DNA of 23,749 nucleotides, from assembly GCA_019058275.1 (NCBI GenBank), contig JAHLVW010000003.1, positions 1-23,749 on the forward strand, written 5' to 3'. The translations under genes and the position numbers were made by a program. Below are positions 9,347 through 17,678 of the stretch, one piece after another. How positions within the stretch are numbered: position 1 is the stretch's first letter; every line of letters begins with the position of its first letter. Below the pieces are notes generated by a model. The model was given only the letters and a program-made list of their open reading frames with translations, did not search any database and was not told where the DNA came from. The stretch comes from Candidatus Heimdallarchaeota archaeon. GTDB lineage: Archaea; Asgardarchaeota; Heimdallarchaeia; JABLTI01.

Positions 9347-9537
9347 AGGTGATGAAACACAAACAGTCAACACAATAGATGTACCTAACTTGGATGAAGC
9401 TATTAAAAAAGTATATAAAATGGTGGAACTATAGTTCGTCCTAAAGGAGCAGTACCAGGTGTTGGATGTTAGCTTATTTCAAGGATCCAGCTGGCAACAT
9501 GTTTGGCATGATGCGGAATGATCCAAATGCAGGTTAA
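9347..9537 (+). pseudogene. VOC/glyoxalase-family protein remnant (C-terminal half, two frameshifts)
   Basis: Reconstruction: TVNTIDVPNLDEAIKKV / NGGTIVRPKGAVPGVG / LAYFKDPAGNMFGMMRNDPNAG*. The N-terminal half is absent. Confidence 0.7.
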
Positions 9538-9626
9538 TATAAAAAATAGAACATATCTATTTAAATTAGATTCAAATAATCAAACATCCTATATTATCAT
9601 AAAAGGATGCTAATAGAGGGTAATTT

Positions 9627-9863
9627 ATGGTAGCTCAAAGATATCATGATAGATTCTTTCGTTTGTATGGTTTTATTGTTTCAGGAGTTTATGCTTTATG
9701 GATAGTCATGGGCTTATCTTTTGGTTGGCCTTATTGGGCTGTTTTTGCAATCCCACTTCCTGCTATGTTGCTTATATATCTAATTTGGAATTTCATTAAT
9801 CATATGAAAAATCCACAAAAAAGCAAAGAACCGAGTATAAATTACATTGATAAACCATTATGA
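9627..9863 (+). CDS. Small hypothetical membrane protein (2 TM)
   Basis: GAGGGT RBS upstream and two hydrophobic stretches. No family recognised. Confidence 0.6.
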   Translation: MVAQRYHDRFFRLYGFIVSGVYALWIVMGLSFGWPYWAVFAIPLPAMLLIYLIWNFINHMKNPQKSKEPSINYIDKPL

Positions 9864-9927
9864 TAATAATGCCTTTATTTTATTTTACAAAGCATTAATT
9901 AAGGCAGAAAAAATAACGTTTTTCACT

Positions 9928-11751
9928 ATGACAAAATATAAACCTAAACCACTACCTTTTGATGAATTACTAAGTCTCCCTTCTTATAGTATGCCTAATT
10001 TGTCTGAAGATAAGAAGAAATTAGCTTTCTATTGGGATAAAACAGGGAGAATTGAAATGTATGTAATGGATCTCGAAACTAAAGAGATCAAACAAATATC
10101 ACATGGTGAGTTACCAAAAGCACCTAGAACAGGATATACTTGGGATAGAAAAAATGAGAAAATGTTCTTTGGAAAAGATGCTGGTGGTAATGAGCAAAAT
10201 GATATTTGGACTATTGACTTAAATGGCAAAGCGAAAGCATTAACTGAAACACCAAAATTCCAAGAACATGTCAGTGAAGTTAGTCATGATAATGAATGGA
10301 TAACCTTTGTTAGTACTAGATCAGGTCAAATGAATGTTCATAAAATGAAAATAGATGGAACGGAAGAAGTTCAACTATCTGCTTCCGACATACCAGTAAC
10401 TGGTGGTTCTTGGAGCCCAGCTGACAAATGGATAACTATGGGTACAAATGAAATGAAAACTAATCTCGAGAATGATGACATTTACCTTTATAATATTGAA
10501 ACAGGTGATATGAAAAGAGTAATCAGAATATCTGAAGAGGGTTCTCATGATAATTTTAGTGATTGGTCTCCAGATGGTAAGAGCTTTTCATTCACATCAG
10601 ATGCATCTGGATTAGAACAAGTAGGAATCTATAATATTGAAACAGAGGAAATAAGATGGTTAAGTGATGGTAAAAATCTTGAATATGCTGGTAAATTCTG
10701 TCCTGAAGGAACACAACTAGCTGCTTTAGTAAATTACGAATCAACGATAAAACCAATCATTTACAATGTTGAGACAGGTGAGAAGACAGAACTAAAAATA
10801 CCTGAAGGACTAGCCTTCAGCGTACAATGGATATCCTGTACCAAAATACTATTCTTTTATAGCAGCGATCTCGATAGACCAGAAGTTTGGTTATATGATC
10901 TTTCTACTGACAAATATGAGGTAATATTGAAAGCTGAATATGGTTCTATAGATAAATCACAATTTTCAGAACCTGAATATATCAAATACAAGTCATTTGA
11001 TGGAACTGAAATTCCTGCAATTGTCTATAAACCAAAAGATATACCTGAAGGTGTAAAGCTACCAGTAATTGTAAACATTCATGGAGGTCCAACTGGACAA
11101 TACTTTAGGATGTTTAATGCTTTCATGCAATATGTTTCTTCTGAGGGATTTGTTGTTATCTTACCAAATGTTCGTGGAAGTACAGGTTATGGTGTTGAAT
11201 TCAGAGATGCTTGCATAAAAGATTGGGGCGGTAAAGACCTAAAAGATGCTGTATATGCTGCTGAATATTTGAAAACTTTACCTTATGTAGATTCTGAACG
11301 AATTGGTGTTGGTGGTGGATCTTATGGAGGTTTTATGACATTCTTAGCTGTTACTAAAGAACCCGAACATTGGAAAGCAGGATTTGCTTGGATTGGTATA
11401 AGTGAGCTTTTCTCAATGTTTGAAGAATCTATGCCACACTTCAAGTATTTCTTAAAGAGACAAATGGGAAATCCTGTTGATGACAAAGATCTCTGGTATG
11501 ATCGAAGTGCTGTAAATTTTGCTGATAAAATGACAGCTAAATTACTCATTATGCATGGAGTCAATGACCCACGTTGTCCAATAGGACAAGCTAGAATATT
11601 CAAAGATAAATTACTAGAACTTGGAAAAGAAGAAGGAAAGGATTTCGAGTATATTGAATATGCAGAAGTTGGCCATGGTGGTTTTGGAGATATCGAAACT
11701 CGTAAGAAAACCATTAAAGCTATGACAGATTTCTTCAAAAAATCACTCTAA
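9928..11751 (+). CDS. S9 (prolyl oligopeptidase / acylaminoacyl-peptidase) family serine peptidase with beta-propeller
   Basis: Repeated WSPDGK-type propeller blades, IHGGP, NVRGSTGYG, nucleophile GGSYGG, Asp in NDPRC, His in GHG. ATG 9928 is preferred over the overlapping 9847 start. Confidence 0.92.
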   Translation: MTKYKPKPLPFDELLSLPSYSMPNLSEDKKKLAFYWDKTGRIEMYVMDLETKEIKQISHGELPKAPRTGYTWDRKNEKMFFGKDAGGNEQNDIWTIDLNGKAKALTETPKFQEHVSEVSHDNEWITFVSTRSGQMNVHKMKIDGTEEVQLSASDIPVTGGSWSPADKWITMGTNEMKTNLENDDIYLYNIETGDMKRVIRISEEGSHDNFSDWSPDGKSFSFTSDASGLEQVGIYNIETEEIRWLSDGKNLEYAGKFCPEGTQLAALVNYESTIKPIIYNVETGEKTELKIPEGLAFSVQWISCTKILFFYSSDLDRPEVWLYDLSTDKYEVILKAEYGSIDKSQFSEPEYIKYKSFDGTEIPAIVYKPKDIPEGVKLPVIVNIHGGPTGQYFRMFNAFMQYVSSEGFVVILPNVRGSTGYGVEFRDACIKDWGGKDLKDAVYAAEYLKTLPYVDSERIGVGGGSYGGFMTFLAVTKEPEHWKAGFAWIGISELFSMFEESMPHFKYFLKRQMGNPVDDKDLWYDRSAVNFADKMTAKLLIMHGVNDPRCPIGQARIFKDKLLELGKEEGKDFEYIEYAEVGHGGFGDIETRKKTIKAMTDFFKKSL

Positions 11752-11765
11752 AAGGAACTTTATCC

Positions 11766-11778
11766 CTTTTTTCTTTTT
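11766..11778 (+). terminator. Oligo-T archaeal-type terminator after the S9 peptidase
   Basis: T-rich run directly after the stop codon. Confidence 0.4.
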
Positions 11779-11870
11779 ACCTACAAAAGAAGAATTATAT
11801 CTCTAATGTTCAATATACTATAACTATCAAAGAATTTTGTCTCTTTAGAGCAATCATAGAGTGCATTTAG

Positions 11871-14057
11871 ATGTTTCCTGTTGATAATTCGACCAAAATA
11901 ACAGAAATCAGAGATTTAATTCGAAATGGGAAATTTGACAATGCTCTTTCTATAATCGAAGAAAATGAAAATCAAACTAATATCCGAATTGCAGAACGCT
12001 TTAAATTTCAATTGCTTAGAATAGAAGTTTACAATGAAATTGGTCGATATGATGAAGCTTTGAAACTATCAGAAAACATTCTCAACAATAGTCAAAAACT
12101 CGAAGATTCATTACAAATGCTTGATGCAGTTACCTCAAAAGCAAAATCACTTTCACATTTGGGTGAATTTGGCAAAAGCTTGGCTTATATCAAACTTGGT
12201 GAAAGAATAAATGATAAACTAAAGGATGTGGATACAAACCAGCTATTCTCTCGAAAAGCTATTCTTTCATATTCAAAGGGACAAATTCTTGAAGAAGAAG
12301 AAGATTTGAAAACAGCATTGGATAACTACTTGCGAAGTCTTTCATTAAGAAGAGAAATTGATGATAAATCAGGATTACTACTATCTAATAACAGCATTGC
12401 CAGAATTTATTTTAAAATGGGTGATGTAACTAGAGCTCTTCTAATTTTCCAACAGTGTTTAAGTTCAGCAAGAGAAATTGGAAATGATAAAGCAGCTGCT
12501 GATATTTTGGATAGTATAAGTCGAATTTATTTATGGAGAGGAGAATATGGCCCAGCCTTAGAGAACTCGCTTCAATGTTTAGCTTTGAGTGAAGAGCTTG
12601 GAAACCAGAAACTTATTGCTAATGCTTTGAACGGTATAAGTCTAATCTATAATCACCTTGGAGAACTAGAACGTTCACTACAGAATTTGGAACGTTGTTT
12701 GGTTATACGAGAGGAAATTGATGATAAAATAGGAACTGCTGAAACATTAAACACATTAAGTTATGTTTTGTTTCTCAAAGGAGAGCTAAATGAAGCAACA
12801 AAATATCTGAATCAAGGACAAGAAATACTCGTTACTCGTGAAACTCCTAAGGGTCTTGCGAACATTTTCAAAACTGTAGGGATGATTCTCTATCAACGTG
12901 GCGATTTCGATCAATCTATAGAACAGCTTAGTAAGTGTTTAGATTATTGGAGAGATTATAAGAACAAGAAAGAATATATCAGAGCACTCTTTTGGTTAAT
13001 TTTAGTCAATATTGAAAACAATTCATTGGAAATAGCACAAGAACAATTAAAGAAAATGCAGAAAATCATTGAAAAGCAAAGCAACCTAGAAAACAATTTA
13101 AGATATAAACTTGTATCAGCTTTAGTTTTGAAGAAGAGCTCTAATCTTGATATACTCCGAAAAGCAAATAATATTTTCAATGAAATAATTAGTGGAGAAA
13201 CAATAGACTTAGGATTAAGTGCTATATCTATCTTCAATTTGTGTGAACTATATTTAAAACAAATGCATCTAAATAACAACCAAGATGATATGAAAAATCT
13301 CGAAGCATTAATTGATAAACATCTCAAAATTGCCAAGCAAATTGAATCTCATGCTATGTATGCAGAAAACTTCTGGTTGAAAGCTAATACTTCTTTACTT
13401 AATCATAATGTTCCAGAAGCTAAATTGTATCTTGAACAAGCTGAACAAATTACTGAAGAAAAGGGTCTACGAAGATTTGGTATGAAAATCACTCGAGCCT
13501 TGGAAATAATAAACAAAAGGTTAGAAGAAGCACAGACTCAAAATATAGATGACAAGATAATAAGTCTTGAGCAAGAAACTGCTGATGTAAATAATGATGT
13601 TGTACGAATGATAGATAGACGTACAATAGAGATTCCAAAATTGCAAGAAGAAGAACCAGTCTTGTTGATTATTGTTTATGAAGGAGGAGTAACGGTCTTT
13701 TCTAAGAAATTCTCACATAAAGAAATGATAGACGAAATGTTCGTAGGAGGATTTCTAACTGCGATAGATGCTTTTATGCATCAAACATTTGCTACTGGAG
13801 GTTCAATAGAAAGAATACAACATCAAGAATATACTTTACTTCTGAAAGTCGAAAATCCGTTACTATTCTGTTATGTTTTCAAAGGTCAATCCTTTACAGC
13901 TATCCAAAAATTAGATCAAATAATAAAAGAACTAAAGAAATCGAATTCTATGTGGCATGCTCTCACTGTTAATTCAGGTGAACAACTAGGAGACATTGAA
14001 AAAGATATTATAAGTGAACTTGCTTATCAAGTTTTCATTATTGAAGAAGAAAAATAA
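11871..14057 (+). CDS. Tetratricopeptide-repeat protein with C-terminal longin-like domain
   Basis: About 40-aa TPR repeats (LSLRREIDDK, LSSAREIGND, LALSEELGNQ, LVIREEIDDK). C-terminal VLLIIVYEGGVTVFSKKF..DEMFVGGFLTAIDAFM..IERIQHQEYTLLL..LLFCYVF fits a longin beta-beta-alpha-beta-beta-beta pattern. Confidence 0.8.
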   Translation: MFPVDNSTKITEIRDLIRNGKFDNALSIIEENENQTNIRIAERFKFQLLRIEVYNEIGRYDEALKLSENILNNSQKLEDSLQMLDAVTSKAKSLSHLGEFGKSLAYIKLGERINDKLKDVDTNQLFSRKAILSYSKGQILEEEEDLKTALDNYLRSLSLRREIDDKSGLLLSNNSIARIYFKMGDVTRALLIFQQCLSSAREIGNDKAAADILDSISRIYLWRGEYGPALENSLQCLALSEELGNQKLIANALNGISLIYNHLGELERSLQNLERCLVIREEIDDKIGTAETLNTLSYVLFLKGELNEATKYLNQGQEILVTRETPKGLANIFKTVGMILYQRGDFDQSIEQLSKCLDYWRDYKNKKEYIRALFWLILVNIENNSLEIAQEQLKKMQKIIEKQSNLENNLRYKLVSALVLKKSSNLDILRKANNIFNEIISGETIDLGLSAISIFNLCELYLKQMHLNNNQDDMKNLEALIDKHLKIAKQIESHAMYAENFWLKANTSLLNHNVPEAKLYLEQAEQITEEKGLRRFGMKITRALEIINKRLEEAQTQNIDDKIISLEQETADVNNDVVRMIDRRTIEIPKLQEEEPVLLIIVYEGGVTVFSKKFSHKEMIDEMFVGGFLTAIDAFMHQTFATGGSIERIQHQEYTLLLKVENPLLFCYVFKGQSFTAIQKLDQIIKELKKSNSMWHALTVNSGEQLGDIEKDIISELAYQVFIIEEEK

Positions 14058-14062
14058 AGAAA

Positions 14063-14083
14063 AAATATACTAGAAGTATATTT
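14063..14083. terminator. Hairpin between convergent genes, possible bidirectional terminator
   Basis: AAATATACT-AGA-AGTATATTT, a perfect 9-bp inverted repeat between stops at 14057 and 14100. Confidence 0.4.
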
Positions 14084-14099
14084 CATTATTGGATTTTAA

Positions 14100-15302
14100 T
14101 CACTTTTTCTTACATCTTTTGATGATTATTACACTTAAAGCAAAAATTCCTGTAGAGAGAATTGTTACTATGTAGGTGAATCCTGGTAATGCTATAGTAG
14201 GAGGTATTGTTCTAGTTTCATCTTCGAACACACCAAAAACAGTGATGTCTTCTCCTTTATTACTAAAGTAATCAAATGCTTGCACCCAAACAACATGGTA
14301 ACCTTCTGCTAAATCATAGAAAGTATATTCTGAAGTATAGATTGGATTAGTAACATTAATCCATGGTCCATAATCTAGGCTAATTGATGTATATTCAATA
14401 CCTGAACCAACATCTGAAGCATCCCAATCGACTTCAACTGTGTTATTATCATAAATATTTGTACCGTTAGCAGGTGTATGAATATAAACAAATGGTGGCA
14501 TTGTATCTGGATAAACAGGTACATCACCAAAGTAGAAAGATCCTTCGAAATCAAAAGCTGTTAAATTGACATTGGAATCTTCATAACCAGACATGAAATC
14601 TAGTAAAATATAATTTACAGGAATATCAATTCCAGTTGCCCAATAATTACAAGTTAAAATATTATCTGTATAAGGAACTCTGCATTCAGCGTACAAACCT
14701 GAGAAGTTCCTAATCATTAGAAGTTCTAGTACATCAGTTAAATCTGCAGAACTATGTGGAGATAAGATCTGATTTTCTATTCCATAAGGATATGCACTTG
14801 TAAAATAACGCGCACTTTCTCCAGGTTGGTTATCTATGATTCCAATTTCAGCCAGATAGCTTTTTGCAGACAGATAATAAGGTAATCCTAGGTAAACATC
14901 ACGATCATAATTGTAATAGCTTCCTGCTATCATTGCGAAACTTAGTTCATCAATATCATATGACATATTAAATTGAAATCTAGTTGTGATTGAGAAATCA
15001 GATACATTCCCAAATAAACCAAGATCTAAAATATAATTCTCATGATTGTAATAGTGTGTAGAACAACCATTATAACTATAATAAATTATATGATTTGATT
15101 TTGTACTTGTAACGTTTGGATTATTTTCATGTAAAGTGAAATTAGAAAAATCATCATGATCAACTGGTCCGATAATATCCTTTTTTGTTAAAATTTTATC
15201 ATCTATCGTATTGAATGAATGAGTATTTATTGTACTATTCGCTCCTATTGATAGAAGCAGAATCATCAAAATAAAAAGTACTTTTCCAGCTTTAATTCTC
15301 AT
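14100..15302 (-). CDS. Secreted cell-surface protein with Ig-like domain and PGF-CTERM-type sorting signal
   Basis: Signal peptide from MRIKAGKVLFILMILLLSIG (ATG 15302, GAGGA RBS), many N-x-S/T sequons, Ig/FN3-like DTMPPFVYIHTP..VDWDASDVGSGIE..DLAEGYHVVWVQAFD, and C-terminal LPGF + TM helix + KRCKKK. Confidence 0.8.
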   Translation of the reverse strand: MRIKAGKVLFILMILLLSIGANSTINTHSFNTIDDKILTKKDIIGPVDHDDFSNFTLHENNPNVTSTKSNHIIYYSYNGCSTHYYNHENYILDLGLFGNVSDFSITTRFQFNMSYDIDELSFAMIAGSYYNYDRDVYLGLPYYLSAKSYLAEIGIIDNQPGESARYFTSAYPYGIENQILSPHSSADLTDVLELLMIRNFSGLYAECRVPYTDNILTCNYWATGIDIPVNYILLDFMSGYEDSNVNLTAFDFEGSFYFGDVPVYPDTMPPFVYIHTPANGTNIYDNNTVEVDWDASDVGSGIEYTSISLDYGPWINVTNPIYTSEYTFYDLAEGYHVVWVQAFDYFSNKGEDITVFGVFEDETRTIPPTIALPGFTYIVTILSTGIFALSVIIIKRCKKK

Positions 15303-15466
15303 ATTCCTCAATCTTATAATTTTACCCGTAAATTCCATAACCAGTTGTGTATATTATAGTCTGTTAACTATTAAAGATATTGTAAATACTCAAGTTTTTT
15401 TGCATAAAATGGTATTACTAGAGTTTTGATAAGATATAAGTAGAAGAAGCAAACAACAGAATAGTA

Positions 15467-15556
15467 TCTCAGGTACGTGAGAAACCTCATACAAACAACA
15501 GATCCAGAAGTTTGACAAACAAGTTCTGGAAACTTGTCGTACTAGAAACTTCGGAT
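15467..15556 (+). promoter_or_regulatory. Structured leader / nested inverted repeats upstream of the uvrA-like operon
   Basis: ATCCaGAAGTTT (15502-15513) pairs with AAACTTCGGAT (15546-15556). Inner stem ACAAGTT/AACTTGT (15519-15537). Small TCTCA/TGAGA hairpin at 15467-15482. Strong AGGAGGT SD downstream. Confidence 0.45.
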
Positions 15557-15580
15557 TAAAATGATGATAGGAGGTATAGT

Positions 15581-16822
15581 ATGAGAGACACTATTTCAGT
15601 GAAAGGTGCAAGAACAAATAATCTAAAGAATATAGATGTGGAAATTCCTCGTGATAAACTCACGGTTATAACCGGAGTATCAGGATCAGGGAAGACTTCG
15701 TTGGCTTTTGATGTCATTTTTGGAGAAGCACAGCGAAGGTTTTTCGAATCAATGTCAGCAACTTCTAGAACTATGTTACCAATGTAAGAACGAGCAGATG
15801 TAGATTCGATATTATGCTTATCACCAGTTGTTGCTATTCAGGAAAGAACTGGAACACAGAACCCACGATCATCAGTGGGAACTATGACTGATATAGCCAC
15901 ATACATGAGAATCTTATTCTCAGTACTAGGACAAGCACATTGTCCTTATTGCAATGAATCTATTGTAACTCGTAATGCAAATCAGATAGTTGATCATCTG
16001 ATGACATTACCTGAAGGAACAAGTATAGAAATCATTGCTCCAGTGAATAAATTCTATGGAGAAGACTATCCCTATTTGTTTGATGACATCCGACAGAAAG
16101 GGTATAAACGTATTAAGATTGATGGAAAACAACACAGTCTTAATGATGAGATTGAGTTAGATGAAGATAAAGACTATCGAATAGAGGTCTTAGTGGATAG
16201 ATTTGTTATTAAAAGAGAACTCTACAAACAGCTAACCCTATCTATAGAGAATGCTAGAATGGTTGGAATGAATTTTATCCGCTTTGAATTCTCAGATGAG
16301 AGCATCTCTGATGATGTTGAGAAGAAATTCTACAAGAACTTTGGTTGTAAAAGACATCATGTAATCATGCATACATTACTACCTGGAGGATTCTCTCCTA
16401 ACATACCAGAACATGCCTGCGTTAATTGTTTAGGTGTTGGCACACTACTGAAAGCAGAACCATACTTGATTATAATTTATCCTAAAAAAAGTATGAAGAA
16501 AGGAGCAACAAAATGGTACCCAAAGTATTGGTTGTATAGTATTGCTAAACATCTAGAGTTTGATGTAGAAAACACTCCATGGCAAGATATGCCTGAAGAT
16601 ATCCAACAACTACTGAAGACTATAAACAAGCTTGTTGATGCTGGTAATACAGTTATAGTTATTGAACATCACTTAGATGTCATAAAGTCAGCTGATTGGG
16701 TTATTGCCCTAGGTCCTGAAGGTGGAACCGAAGGTGAGTATGTCATAGCAGAAGGAACTGTTTAAGACATCGTTAAGTGTAAGGATTCCTATACAGGACA
16801 GTTCTTGCAAAAAGTACTTTAG
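15581..16822 (+). pseudogene. uvrA: UvrA-like ABC ATPase pseudogene (two in-frame TAA stops and a large internal deletion)
   Basis: [12 protein letters not shown], Walker [18 protein letters not shown], Zn knuckles CPYC / CKRH / CVNCLGVG, and C-terminal [38 protein letters not shown] at 15785-15787 and 16763-16765, all in one frame. About 413 codons versus roughly 940 for a typical UvrA. Confidence 0.88.
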
Positions 16823-16842
16823 GATGAACTGGAGGAAAAACA

Positions 16843-17678
16843 ATGTTTTGTACAGTTAATGATTGTGAGATATACTATGAAGTAGTTGGTGAAGGTAAAC
16901 CAATACTAATGTTGCATGGTTTCCCACTCGATCATCAGATGATGAAAGGATGTATGGAGCCTATCTTCAAACATCGTCATGGTTGGAAACGAATATACTT
17001 TGATTTACCTGGTATGGGGAAATCGAAAGTAGCTGATCATGTAAAGTGTACAGATGATATAGTAGATATTGTATTGGGTTTCATCAAAGAAGTAATTGGT
17101 GATGAGAATTTTGTTATAGCTGGTGAATCTTATGGAGGAGTTATGGCTAGAGCAATCATTTATCATCAACCTAAAAAAGTTGATGGGTTGTTCATCTTCT
17201 GTCCAGCAACTAAATTTGGCGAAGAAACTATAGATTTACCAACCAGAAATGTTCTGAGGATTGATGAAGACTTTGTTAATACTCTGGAAAAAGATGAAAA
17301 GGAGTTTTTCCAATCTTTCGCAGTTGTTCAAAACAAGTATACATGGCATCGTATAAAAAATGAGTGTTTTCAGGTTTCACTATAAGAGACAAAGAATTCA
17401 TTGCAAGGTACTCTAGTGAAGAATCTCGTAGACTGACATATGATATTGACAATCTAAAGAAACCATTTGATAAACCTTCTTTATTACTAACCGGTAGACA
17501 AGATCATTGGACTGGATATAAAGGAGCTTGGGACTTCTATGAAAATTATCCTCGAGGATCATATGTAGTTTTAGACAAAGCAGGTCATGGTTTGCAATAC
17601 GAACAAGTTTTACTATTCAATGTGTTAGCTGATGAATGGCTTGATAGAGTTGAAGAAGAACTGGAGGAGATGAACTAA
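16843..17678 (+). pseudogene. Alpha/beta-fold hydrolase split by a 1-nt frameshift near 17364-17370
   Basis: LHGF, DLPGMG and nucleophile GESYGG in the first ORF. Asp (GRQD) and His (AGHGL) in the overlapping second ORF. Confidence 0.82.

Noticed and set aside
10029-13336. Antisense ORFs 10029-10229, 11322-11738 and 12956-13336
   Set aside because: Fully inside the S9 peptidase or TPR genes on the opposite strand, with no recognisable features.
5887-16765. Stop-codon reassignment or read-through to explain the in-frame TAA/TGA in plsY, EXPERA, ycaQ and uvrA
   Set aside because: TAA and TGA end many intact genes here. The expected residues differ between sites (Leu, Trp, Glu), and the same genes carry other lesions.
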